NCBI RefSeq assembly: GCF_009914755.1
Contig: NC_060931.1
Direction: 5' to 3' (one strand)
Length of the DNA: 64,000 bases
Source of the DNA: the human T2T-CHM13v2.0 reference genome, Homo sapiens
Below the pieces are notes generated by a model. The model saw only the letters and a program-made list of their open reading frames with translations. It did no database searches and was not told the DNA's origin. Both the position numbers and the translations under genes were made by a program. Numbering within the stretch: the first letter of the stretch is position 1; each line of letters starts with the position of its first letter. Below, in pieces: positions 14,359 to 28,354 of the stretch.

Positions 14359-14609
14359 GTAAATGGTAAGGTCCAATTGCACACTTTATTTTACTGTTTC
14401 TGGTTGCTTCTCCCCAACAAGATTGCTGTCCCTCTGAAGAAAGACCACGTCCTTATCTCCTCTTCCTTCAACAGAACTCACTAAGAGTCTACACTGAGAA
14501 GTGCTCAACATATAGAACTGAGTTTGAAGAAAAGGAACCTCCAATAAAATGAAATATTTGACATAAAAATTGTATAGAAGCTGGATCTTAACTTGGGCAT
14601 AAAGAAAGG

Positions 14610-15106
14610 GTATATGTTTCCCATGGCTGCTATAACAGACTGCCACACTTGGTGGTTTAAAACAACAGAGATGTTGTTTTAAACATCTGTTACAGTTCCG
14701 CAGGCTACAAGTCTGAAATTGGGTTCACTGGGCTAAAATCAAGGTGTTGGCAAGGCTGTACTTCCTCTGGAGGCTCTAGGGGACAATCTGCTGTCTCCTC
14801 CAGCTTTCTGGTGGCTGCCACCATTCACTGACCACCTCACTCCAATTTCTGCCTCCACAGTGGTACTGCCTTCTCCTCCTCTCTTCCATGTTAGCATCTC
14901 CCTCTGCCTCCCTCTCATAAAGATAAACGTGATTGCATTTAGGGCCCACCCAGATAATGTAGGTTAATTCCCCATCTCAAGATCCTTAACTTAATCATAT
15001 CTTTTGCTAAATAAAGTAATATTTACCTTTTTGTCATATAAAGAAACATTTATAGGTTCTAGGAATTAGGGCTTGCTATCCTTGGGGCCATTATTCAGCA
15101 TACCAG
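14610..15106 (-). mobile_element. MaLR solo LTR (MLT1D-like)
   Basis: cccatctcaagatccttaacttaatca, gggcccacccagataat, ggccattattcagcatacca. Confidence 0.85.
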
Positions 15107-15564
15107 AGAAAGAATTTCTGGGAGTAATGAGTAAACTTGTTACATATTTCTACAGGCTAATTTTCCTTGTCTTTCACCATAAGAAAAGAAAATCAGAACT
15201 TTAAAACTAACAAGCAACCTGGTCCATTTAAGGGATTTTTAAAATACTAAGAATATAAATTTATTGGATGAGTAACCACACACGTGGGACAGGGAGCCCA
15301 GGGAATCCCTTTTTCCATCCTACGATATAGGCACAGTTTCCTTCCTGTTACCCTAAATATAAATCAGGTTGTGTTCATGTAACACATGAAGAAAAAAGAA
15401 CCTGAATGATAACAACATGAGGGCTGGGAGGGCCTGAAGTGTAACAATGTTTGTTTTGCTAATAACAATCATTACATTAATAATTTTCCACTTTCCCTTT
15501 CCAGAGAAGAGTACATTTTAAATAGCTACGTCCCCTTCATGACATTGCTAGAACTTTATATAAT

Positions 15565-15790
15565 AATGACAGCTAACATTTATTAAGCAATTACATCAGA
15601 TTCTATGCAAAACTCTTTACATGCATTGGCTCATTTATTTCTCCCCAAAACTTGTGATGTGAGAACAATTAGCACTACCACTTTGCAGATGAGGACAGTA
15701 AGGCTCACAGAGGATCCCAAAGGAAAATGGAGAAGCTGGACTTGATCCCAGGTCTGTCTGGCCTCAAAGCCTGAGCTCTTCCATGAGACT
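15565..15790 (-). mobile_element. MIR
   Basis: acagctaacatttattaagca...gcagatgaggacagtaaggctcacagagg. Confidence 0.8.
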
Positions 15791-16523
15791 ACTGCTGGGA
15801 TACTCTCTCATGCCATTTTTATACTTCCACTAATTTTTAGTTTATTTTGTTCGAATTAAGCTGTCTATTTTTTAAAGGGAAACAACTTTTGGCTCTGAAG
15901 TATCTAATATAACAGAAGCACTAGTAGGCATAAAATAAATGTGAATGAGCTTTGGGCCCCCTTTCACAGAACAGCTAAATTTCATTTACCCAGGCGCATA
16001 AGGGTCAGATAATTAAACTTCAGAAAATATGCCCAAATCTTATTATTGATGATAAGTCTGGGTCTCTACTCTATCAAATTATTACCAAGCAGCAGGATGA
16101 TTTAATTTTAACCTTCTCTCTCCACTATCAATAACTCTAATGAAGAAGTGAAGGGTCAAAGCTAAGGGAAAATGAAAAGAATAATAAAGAGAAGAAAACC
16201 TGACTAAACAACAAAACTAACCCCATGTTCTGTAAATAGCTAAGGCCAGCTGGGATGTGAGAAATTAAAAGAAGATTGAAAAAGACAGCACCATTCTCAA
16301 CACGAAAAAGTTCACAAATAGTTTTACATGCCATGGAAAAGAAAGAATACATCTTAAAACTTATGCACAGGAAATAATTTGAGCATTAAATGGTAATCAC
16401 GTCACAATAACATCCAAGTGAAAAGATTTGGGTCCTAGAAGCCAATCAAGACTCACAGTCCTTTGGACCACCCTCAGTGGATCTATAACAACACGGACTT
16501 ATTATAAAGACAAGCAAAACCAC

Positions 16524-16670
16524 CTTGACAGAAGTCCCCCAGCCAATAATCAGTGTCACATTGTCCTTCCAGCAGAGGCTGCAGGGATACATGTCTGGGC
16601 GAAGACTTATATCATCCCGGGGCACATTGGTGATTCTTTGCTTTGAGATGATGTCAAAAATCTTCACACC
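16524..16670 (-). CDS. VPS41: VPS41 coding exon (probably exon 9), 147 nt, GVKIFDIISKQRITNVPRDDISLRPDMYPCSLCWKDNVTLIIGWGTSVK
   Basis: Overlaps track ORF 16446..16667(-). Acceptor ttattttccag, donor AAG|gtggtt. Confidence 0.96.
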
Positions 16671-17803
16671 CTGGAAAATAATACAGCAGTAAGCATCCTC
16701 TACTCAGGAGGAAAGTAACAGAAAACTTATTAACAGCCCCTGCTACATACTACCAATAACCAGCACGGAGAAATATTAGCAGTGTTTACTGAGCATGCAA
16801 GGAAAATGCTCCTGCTCCACACAAACCCTGTGGGAACTAAAACCACAAGGAAACCTCCACCCTTCTTTCTGGACAAAGGAGATTTTCTTAGATGGCATGG
16901 GTGACTCAAACCCAACAGAAACATGAAATGTACAAACATCAATAGCTGCATTTCCAAACTGACAGACAAGTAACATTTCTAATTTTATCGTTCCACCATG
17001 AAAAATGAAGTTTGTTTTTTAGAAAGGCTTTGAGTCTGAAAAGCCACCTATATAAAGAAAACTACATCTGACATTTTAAAGTTCTCAAATGAAAACATCA
17101 GGCAAGCAGCTAACTAAAAATGAACCAAGAGACCACAGCTTTGTTTTACCTTCATCGTGACCCAGGAGAAGTAAGAAAAGTCCAGAATAAAAAGGTAGAG
17201 TCTAGGCAGATTTCTACCATTTAAAACTGAATAGAACCGATTTACTAAATTATACCTTGATGTTTCAAAAGATATGCCAGATGTCAAAAAGACCATTTTT
17301 AAAACTTCCTACTAGCCCCAATTCATAGCAAGTAAACTTTAAGTTAAAATGCAGCACTGAAAATTACGATCCACTTTCTTACAGACAGGTCTATACTTCT
17401 GTCTATGATTATACTGGGAGTAAAAGAGAAATCAGCAATATTCTGCACTTGTTTCATATCAACTCTTACTTGCCTTTGGCCAACAGGCAAATGATATTTT
17501 CAAGACCCATTCCCAATGCAGTCCTTCAATTATTAAGATAGCTTTTCATTTTCTTGGCTACTCTCCATGCCTCAGGTTTCTTACTCTAAAATAGATTCCA
17601 GAATATGTTGGGAATTACTATATTATGAAAGCCAAAAGCAATCTAATTTCTTTAACCTCCTAGGTATGATACCAATCGTCCTTACACCCTTTAGAAATCA
17701 CCACCACAGCAAGTGGCATCTTTTCCCTTCATTACAGCCCTATCAAGTTGGCCATTCTTCTGCCACTGAACAAGCATTAGGAAGACAGAGGCATATTTTT
17801 TAC

Positions 17804-17923
17804 CATATTATTGGCCCAAGCAATCAGATGGCCTCTCCACTTCACACTCCTTATGTTCCCTTCCCCTTCATGCAGAACAGCAGACTTCCATCTGTTCATC
17901 CAAGACCGTTCAAACAGTAGCAG
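17804..17923 (-). CDS. VPS41: VPS41 coding exon (probably exon 8), 120 nt, LLLFERSWMNRWKSAVLHEGEGNIRSVKWRGHLIAWANNM
   Basis: Acceptor ctttttgtccctag, donor ATG|gtaaaa. In frame. Confidence 0.96.
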
Positions 17924-19184
17924 CTAGGGACAAAAAGCATAAACAAAGAATCTTAGAAACTGAAAATAATGTATCAGGTTCTTTACTTACTAGTTTTACC
18001 TATCCTCGTGACCAAATAACAAACAAGTCACTCTCGACGTCTTTAATGTAGACTTACAGTAGTATGTTATTTGTACCTTGGAAAGAATTCCTAGCACATC
18101 ATATTCTCCCCAGGAAGTTGTTTAAAATGGATGAGTGTTGAAGTTACTACAAGGCCAAGCCACAAGGTGGCACCAAAACACCAAGATTCATGGAAAATAA
18201 TGCACATTAGTTAATCAAAAGATTTGTATCGCAAAAGTTCTTCAAATGATTGTCCGGGAACTAATTTATTTTGTAAATTGGGAAATCAAAACCTCTTTTA
18301 AGTTTTTCACTGAAAATAAGATATTAGTCACAGATTAAACTGTAATAGAAACAGTCTATGTTTTTCATTTGACTCAAATAATTGAACAATGACTTTTGAA
18401 CAGTAATTCATGTCACAAAATAAAAAAACAATTGGAATTAAGCTTCTTTAGAAATTTCATAGTATCTAGGGTCTTTATTTTAACGGGAAGATTCTATCAT
18501 TCAAAAAACCTGCTGGATAAATTTTAATATAAAATATAACTGGTCAAAAACCTCTACGATTAATAAAGATGTAATTCTAGGAAGTCATACATTATTAAGA
18601 ACACAATAAATATTTTTCTTGACATATTCCATTTAAATCCTTTAAGAAAAGACATTTATACAGTATGTAACTTAAGGTATGCAATCCTGAAACACATGTT
18701 TATCCTTTCAAAGCAAATGCTGACAACAGATTCCATAACAGAATTACTAAAATTCCTACCACTACAAGCAATTTCAGTCTACCTTAGTATATTTTATGTC
18801 CTCTACCCACCCCAAAAGAGGCAGGGGAAACAGGTTAACAGGGGAAAGAGAGTAAATTCACATTTTATTTGTATTTCCTGTATATCTTTCTCAATAGACT
18901 AATACAGGCAGAGGAAGCACAAAATAAAATCCCTAAAATTAAATATGATGTCCATCATCACAAGTAAGCAAAGTACAGTTACTTTAAAATGCTATGACAG
19001 TTTGAAGTTGTGTGACTTCACAACTTCCACAGGGAGACTGGAGGCAGGGATTCTTCTGACCATACTTAGCCCCATCTTCCCATCAGATATATTCTCAGAG
19101 ACCTTCTAACCCACCCTGTCCTCTCCTATCCCAGGTTCCAATTCAGAAGTCACTACTACCATGCCTTCCTACCCCCACAGTTAG

Positions 19185-19673
<489 letters not shown>

Positions 19674-20299
19674 TGATAAGATCAAAATGTCTATCTTCTA
19701 TCTGTGGCCTGGATCTGATGGAGGTGATCGTCCGAAATGGGTGAAGCACAGTGAGTGCTCAATAATCACCTGCTGGAATGAAGGGTTGGCAGGATGGCCG
19801 GGAGAACAGCAGGGTGGGACACAGCATCGAATTCCTTTCCCTCACCAATTCCCACCTAGAAATGACCAATGTAGTACTAAGAGGAGAACAGTCTGCACCT
19901 GTGTTGAAAAAGTTAAATATGCTCCAAATTTTAAGCTAAAAATTATGTAAAATATGCTAATAATAAGACTCCAGTGAAGGCCATGATTTAACTCATTCCC
20001 CCAGAAAAAGCCTGCCTGGGAAGTCAGGCAGGTACTAGAATGCCACAACACCCCCTACACTCAGTGTAATGGGGCAGGAACGAAGGGGAGTGGCCAGTCT
20101 TACTCTGAAACACAAAGGGTTGGGTCCCCAAGCATGTAGCCAGCACTGTAGCTGTCCCAGGTAGGAAGGAAAGCAGGCACTCTGACAAAAGGCAGGCACC
20201 TATGGAAAAATCCTGCATTTAAAAGAATACAAATTATCCAGGGAGTAATCCCCAACTTGTGACTCCATATGAATAACAAGACATTCAAAAAAAACAAAA

Positions 20300-21480
20300 G
20301 AACTTAAAAGTAAAATCTAATTCTTATCATCATAATTCTCATGTAACAACAAAATTAAGAAATTAATAACGAAGAATGAGAGAAAGAACAATACAAAACA
20401 AAAATGGTACAAAAAACATTCTCAATCTTTGGGTAAAAGAGGAATTCATATGGTAACCAGAGTACTTTGAAAATGAGAAATACTATAAACCTAAACTTTA
20501 TGGGATACAATCAAAGTTGTAAAAAAAAGGAAAATCTAGATTTAAAAGTTAATAATGAACATGACATGTCGCTACACAACAAAACAAAAACATTTCATTG
20601 AGGGATACGAAAGGAGAACTCAATAAACAGAAAGGCACATTATTCATGGATAGTAAGACTCCAATTCTCACTAAAGAGCTTAAGTCTCATTAAATTAACC
20701 TATAATTTTAATGCAAGTCCAAAAAAATCCAAAGGGATTATTTCTAGAAATTCAAAAAATGCTAAAAATTCATTTTAAAAAATGAGAGAATAACAGGAAT
20801 TTTTAAAAAATTAAGTAATTTAGGGGGAGGAATGGATTCATCCAGACAGATAGTAAAACATTTTATAAAATCAACACTCAAAACAATACAGCAATGTTTC
20901 TAGAATTGATAGATGAAGGAAAAAGAATGAACTGATAAAGACGAATCAAAATGATATGATCAGGCATGGGTATGTGGGGTGGGGGGTACAGTGGAGTATG
21001 TGCAGAGAAAGAGGTATCTTCAAACTACTGAACTGCGGTCTTGGACACCATCTTTCTGGAGGATCATTTGGCATCATGGACTCAAAGCTTTTAAAAAAAA
21101 TGACACCAGGAAGTTGCTACCTAGAAACTTACGCTAAGAAATGATCAGACAAGTTAGTAAAGATGCATGTAGAGCTATTTATAACAGCCAGAAATGGACT
21201 AACAACTGAGGAATGACGGAGCATAATACGATGGAGCACACACAATGAGTATGTATCCATTATTATTTTATGCATGTATCTTCATTAACAGAAAAAGCTA
21301 TGAGGGCATATTAAATAAAAAAGCAGATGACAAAATAGTATTCAATACAATGTCCTTAAAATAAAATGTGAATGTGTATTCACATATATTATAAAATCTA
21401 AAAGATACATGACAAAGTAATCCTAATTCGATAAATGCGTGCTGAAATTTTATATTATTTTTATTTTATAATTATTCTGC
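20300..21480 (+). mobile_element. Old L1 (L1ME-like) fragments
   Basis: A-rich; attcatggatagtaagactcc...taaattaacctataattttaatgcaagtcca resembles L1 ORF2 3' sequence. Confidence 0.6.
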
Positions 21481-21610
21481 ACTAAATATATGAATTTTTT
21501 ATGTTAATACATTAATGGGAATGAAAATCCATTCTCTTATTTTTACAATCAGGAAAACTTAGGGGAATAGTTAAAATGAAACAACAAAGTAATATCAAAA
21601 ATTCACTGGA

Positions 21611-21917
<307 letters not shown>

Positions 21918-22544
21918 AAAATTCACTGGAACTTAAAGAAGTAATGTTTGAGGCATATTGAACACGTATTAGAATGAATTTACATAAACTGTATATACTT
22001 TTCAAATAAAACATTAACTTCTTCAGAAAACTGTTAATTAAATCTTGTTGCAGTTCCTACCAAAATGCAAGCTCACTCCAATGGACCCTTTCTGTTATAC
22101 TTGGTGTGCTCCAAGCTATGGGAGGAAGCAGAGGTGGCAGAACTCTGGCCTCCTTTTGCCTCCTACTCTACCTCCCAAAACAAGAAACTAAAAACTTCCA
22201 GCAGAGGGGAGGAGGCAAAGGAAGGACAGACGAATTCTGAATCCAGGCCATCTCAGGATTGAGTCCCAAAAACCTTGTGGACCCTGCTCTGACATGCAAT
22301 TAAAAGAGCAAAGAAGCTTCTCCCAATGACATTTCTACAATGCAGACAGGCACATGCCATTCTATGCAACTGATGTGTGCTCAAAAATGGAGGGGGGCTA
22401 AAAATTAACCTCTGTAAATGAAACAAATTTTAACTAATTAATATTACAAGTTTTGACAGGATTCACGTTATTTTCTTATGTTTTTCAAATAGCCTAAGTC
22501 CCTATCACTTTATATTTTGTGGATGAAAAATAAGAAAATATCTG

Positions 22545-22619
22545 TAAATAAAGTAGGTCATCATAAACATACTAAGGAAATACTAAATAAAGTAGGTCAT
22601 CATAAACATACTAAGGAAA
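22545..22619. repeat. Perfect 36-bp direct duplication with 3-nt spacer
   Basis: taaataaagtaggtcatcataaacatactaaggaaa at 22545-22580 and 22584-22619. Confidence 0.97.
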
Positions 22620-25237
22620 GTCATCATTTAAGAGAATTCTTTTGTAAGTCAAATAATTTTCCCCCAATTTATTGGTTCTGTATATGTTTTATGGTCACAC
22701 TGGTTTTCTCACTGCACAACTAACTATTAAATCTTGTTCACTGAGATTGGTGTGTTTACCTTGCATTTCCCCAACCAGTGCATTGGGGAAAAGGATCATA
22801 TCTTATACTTTGCTAGACCCATAGGCATAATAAATATTAAATACTAAGTAGGCTATCCGAGTCTACTAGTCTTAATTCTTTCCTTCTCTGACCATACACA
22901 CAATGTGTTTGCTACAGGAGGAGCTACACGATTTCCCAAAACGTTTCAGTTACTCAGCCTATCTTTACAGTTAGTAATACTCCTAAAATATTTTGAACAC
23001 AATGGAATCTACTCCAATCTCAAAAATTTAAAGAACCCAATGACTAATTCACACAATCAACACAGCCTTGCTTTTAGAAAGGGCTCACTTCTATGGATCC
23101 CATATCCAGGCATGTAATGTCAGTCTATTTCCCTTTGCTGAAGGCCAGCAGATAGAATTTGTGCACAACTTGCCAAAAATTTGAAAGCTGCTTTTAAGGT
23201 TAGCCTTCCTCTATTAGGTTTAAGTAATTGCAGCTCTTTTATTTCAGAGACACGAACTGGCCACACGTTTGGCCTGAACGGTAATTTCTGAAATGTGTCT
23301 GCAGGCCTGCAGAAGGCTCTCTGGATTGCCACAGCGCCTACTTCTCCAGGCTCTCTCGCATGTGGCCTGCTTCTCTCCTTGATGTTACCTGCCTGGCCCC
23401 GTCGAACATTTATTTCTGCCTTTCCTCTCCACCCTACTTTATTCTTCACTCATGAGTCCACTTTTCCTATCCTACATAGTATAAAACCTTAAATGCCTGC
23501 TAGTAATTATGGAGTCATTTCTATATCTCTGAAACTCTCATGCAGGATTTGCTTTGATTTGACATAGAGTTTCATACAGAAGGGAGAATGGCCAAATGAT
23601 CCACTCTCCATTGGCTTTTTTATCCTAATCTCTGTGAATTTCAAGCAGAAACATATTTTCTGACAAGAATGCCAAGGAAAGCTTTGCTTTGGTGATTTAA
23701 GAAAACATGAACTCCTTTTCTTACAAACATTCTATACTAATTTAACTACCTCAAAACTACCTGCCTGTACTTCACTGACATTTAATAATATCCATTTTTT
23801 CCTTCCAGTCATAAAACTGCCCACAGACCTACTGAGCACGAATGTTCTACAAAGCATTTTATGGGGTAAGCCATTGAAAAAAACTACGCTTAAAAGCAGC
23901 TGGTTAATTTATTTGGTTCATCTTCCATACCCTGTAATATTGAATTGTCATTATCACAATACTAAGAGCAATTTAAGCTCAATGGGAGCTAAGTACATAG
24001 AGAGGAAAAGCTGTTTCCAAGAGGTCTATTTTTTTGTTGGAAAAAGTATTTTAGGGCTTTATTTCCCATAAATCCACATTCTGGCAGTCAGCACTCTCAA
24101 TACTTATATTTCAATATGAGCCCTCACATCCTCAGCAATATACTTTATTCTCCTCTGTTTTGTGCTGATAAATCTATCTAGTGCTTTCCTACTCTACAGA
24201 GTGGTATAAGGACATGGAGCCCAGAATCTCCCACATGTGTGGCAAGATTCTTATCAGGCTGTAATGAAGTCCCCGATTCTGGTCACCTAACGCCCATCAT
24301 TACTTGTCACTCACTCTTCCCTGATGGAGTTGAAAAGAGTATCATTGGCCCTGTTTTAATCACCTTGTGATCTTTCAAGTTGATAAATCACTTGGCTCCT
24401 TCAGGCTTCCTAAATACTGACCACACTGCTAGCTTTGAGGCAGACAAGAAAGTGGGCAAGATTCAGCAGGGGCTTCAGCCGAGGGTCAAGGCTTAGATAC
24501 CATGTGTGTTCCCACGGGGAGAACCAAGGGGCTTGAAGAAAACAAATATTTCACAAAGGAGGACCTGTGCTACGTCAGGAAGGTGCAGAAGATCCAGGTA
24601 ATAAAATAGAGAAACAGAGAATAGTAAAACCCAGCAAATAAAACTGTCTCAATAAAAATAAACAAAGGGGATAACAATGGGAAAGTCTTGTTACAAAAGG
24701 ATTTAAATATTCAAGATTAGAAAAGATCATGAGCAAAATTTTAAAAGTCAAGAAGGCAAGTGAGAAAAATATGAGTGAGTGTGGAGAAGACCTAGGATGG
24801 TGGCTGGCTACTGATGGCAAATGGGGTCTTGAACCCTGAAGGAGGCAGGAATGAATGACCAGGAACCCATATGGAGCAGGTAAGTGTCTTTGTTTTGCTT
24901 CGTGCTTAGGCTTAGTGCCAAAGTTTCAAACACGCAGCTTCTCTAAACACCACCAACAGCTCTACTGTGTCCATCAAGATAGAATATAAACATGTGGGAA
25001 GAAAAAGAGAACTTCCCAAATATATTATTTCCTTAAATTCAGTGGTTATTTTCTGAACAAGTTATAATGCTTCAATCTCCTTTATCTGAATTTAACATGT
25101 TTAAAACCAGTTCAGTATAGACAAAATGTTGGTACGACGGAAAACCTCTGTGCACAAGGGTTCCTAGAGCCCACTCAAATGCCACTTGCTTACAAACAAT
25201 ATTTTAGTAAACACCATTCCTATGCAACACAGACTTT

Positions 25238-25514
25238 TTTTTTAACTTGTATTTTAATTTCAGGGGTTTATGTGCAGGTTTGTTATGTAGGTAAACTCGT
25301 GCCACAGGGGTTTGTTGTACAGATTATTTTGTCACCCAGGTATTAAGCCTACTATCCATTAGTTATTTTTTCTGATCCTCTCCCTTCTCCCATCCTCCAT
25401 CCTCCAATAGGCCCCAGTGTGTGTTGTTCCCCTCTATGTATCCATGTGTTCTCATCATTTAGCTCCCACTTACAAATGAGAACATGTGGTATTTGGTTTT
25501 CCGTTCCTGCATTA
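25238..25514 (-). mobile_element. 5'-truncated primate L1 (L1PA-type) 3' end
   Basis: gtgcaggtttgttatgtaggtaaac...tgagaacatgtggtatttggttttc; 14-bp TSD gcaacacagacttt (25224-25237, 25515-25528). Confidence 0.92.
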
Positions 25515-26310
25515 GCAACACAGACTTTGGACATGCCCTTGCAGTTAATTCTGCGAAACCTATATAGACAGACCAATGCTCTGAAATTTAAAAAACACTG
25601 TATCAACATAAGGTAACGATCAATTCAGCAACCAAGAAATCCAAGCAAAGCTTCCATGAAAACAAAATAAGTTAAACAACGGACGTGCCATTTAGGAGCA
25701 GCTTTCTTTGCATTAAAAAACTAGAGATGACAGCTAGATAAAGATCTACCTACCCACCTATGCAGTATCTACCTACACACCTATGTGGGCTTGGCAATCA
25801 AGCCAGCATGTGAGGTAGTCCCCTATTTAGACTACTAATCTGCAATTGCTGCAAATGCAAGCACATAATTACAAGTGCGATTTCAGAAATGACTAGGACA
25901 CTTTCTAAGTAATTTTACCACTTAAAAAAAATCTTCCATATGGATCCCACAGATTTAATAGAGCTGGCTGTTCATACCAAACACGTTGAGTCTGTTTTTC
26001 AGTTTGCAGCTATCTGAGGATACATTTTCCGGGCTGGGCCCAAGGTCAAACACCCTCAGCATCAGGGTAGAGATAACAGAAAAGTCATCCACTGGGTGAT
26101 TAAACTTGAATTAATGTTCTCTGCAATGAACAAATATCTCTAACTTTAACTACATATAATCTCAATCACTGATGACTGGTGAAAATCCTTGCACAGTGAG
26201 TATATCAAAAAGAGATGCAAAATTGCTAAGTCTTGAATAATGCAGACAGTTACCTGAAAACACGGGTTTATGTATTTGAACAAGCCCTTCACACAATTCA
26301 AAGTAAAACA

Positions 26311-26694
<384 letters not shown>

Positions 26695-27089
26695 TTATAA
26701 TCCACTTTCTTACCATCTCTATGAAAAACTGGCATTAACTGGACACACTGGTCAGCATTGATAGCTTTCATGGAAGTGGCAGAACTGATGGTTTTGGGGC
26801 AGACTCACATCTACATGGTAACATATGTTCATCCTCTCTACACACTTCAGGGTCTACTCTAAAGCCTCATTTAGACTCCTATATAATGCCTCCCTGGGAA
26901 CAACAATAATTATTCCAGATTTGGCCAAAATTGGAGAAAAGGCTGCAGGCTGTTCAGTAAGCAGCAATAATTTGTGCTCAAACTGACAGTAAATATCAAG
27001 TGGACAGCCTTCATTGTCCTGGCTTCTATGGTAATATTAAAAGCTGCCCTGAGCAAGGAATACAATCAGACAAATCACAAAGGAAGCTA

Positions 27090-27560
27090 CAGAACTAGCT
27101 AATAAATAAAAATGTTCAAAATCACTAAAAATTCAAATATACTATAAAATAGAAAAATGGAGTATCTTTATATATCAGATTGGCAATGAGCATGTGGTAA
27201 AATAGGTACTCACACATAGCTGATGTAAACTGGTGTAAGTTTTCTGGAATACAATTTTACTTGGCAACACATATTAAATGCCTAAAAAATTATCATAACC
27301 TTTGATTCAGTAATTCCAATCCTAAGAATCAATGGTAGGAAAACATTCAGAGGAACAGATGAAAGGCCAAAGATTTCAAGGTTCACCACATCATGATTTA
27401 TGACAGCCAAACACTGGATATAACCTAAAGGTCCAAAGACAGAAGAATGGTTAAGAAAATCAAATAGATCCATAAGATAGAATATTATGCAACTATTCAA
27501 TAACACTGAGCTAAGAATAGACATCAATAATGTAGGGAATTTCATATGATGTACAGTGAT
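27090..27560 (+). mobile_element. Old L1 (L1ME-like) 3' fragment
   Basis: aacctttgattcagtaattccaatcctaagaat; agaatattatgcaactatt. Confidence 0.7.
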
Positions 27561-27838
27561 AAGTTAAAACAAGATCTAAAATAATTGAGATTACTCTAAA
27601 CATTCCTTTACTTTTTATTATTATAAAAATAATGCATGCTTACTACAAAAAAGTAAATAAAAGCCAATGAAGGTCAGAAAGAACATTCATAATCCTGCCC
27701 AGACACAAATATTGTTAATAATTTGGTGTACAGCCTTCCATGAATACATCTACATACATAATTTTATTTCTACAGAAAAGGATAATCAGACCATACATAT
27801 ATTTTAGAAAAGTACCTCAACAGAAGCAATCTAACAAA

Positions 27839-28354
27839 TGTTGAGAATTTTATTTATTCCAACTGAGAAAGAGAAAAGCTGACAACCAGAAGCTAGCCTG
27901 GCACCCACAGCAGGGCTCTGATGTTCTCTTGATGAATATAAACAATTTCACACAAAACCAACATCAGCCGAGGCCACTCCATGACCATGAAGGACCAGGA
28001 CAGAAGCAAGACCACTCCATAATCATGTCTGAATGCAAACAAGACATGAACATTTTCCAAGTCGTGGCAATGACCAAACACCTCCCACTTTGGCTAAAAT
28101 GACAGACTGCTGCTTCTTTACCAGTTATGACTTTGGCTTTGGCTTAGGCTTTTCTCCTTCTAGATAAGATTTATCAAAATGCCCAGCTGTAGAATTACTC
28201 ATGCTTCATGACAGCATCCAATCTAGAGCAAAGCCCTGATGCCTTAAACCTCCCCAAAATCACCTCACACCAGCCTAAATCCTACAATTCTTCTAACATC
28301 TTCCTAAAACCATATGGGGTACTCCTGGTGATCTTTGGCCGCAGGGCACTGACA
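27839..28354 (+). mobile_element. ERV1-class solo LTR (MER67-like; subfamily uncertain)
   Basis: aagaccactccataatcatgtctgaa, tgacagcatccaatctagagcaaagccc, 3' end ggtgatctttggccgcagggcactgaca. Confidence 0.7.

Noticed and set aside
22545-22619. 36-bp direct repeat of CRISPR-like length
   Set aside because: Two copies only, a 3-nt spacer, in a eukaryotic intron; it is a simple tandem duplication.
23120-23449. 109-aa minus-strand ORF in unique sequence
   Set aside because: No recognisable homology or convincing splice sites, and the length is within chance. The region is kept only as a possible regulatory element.
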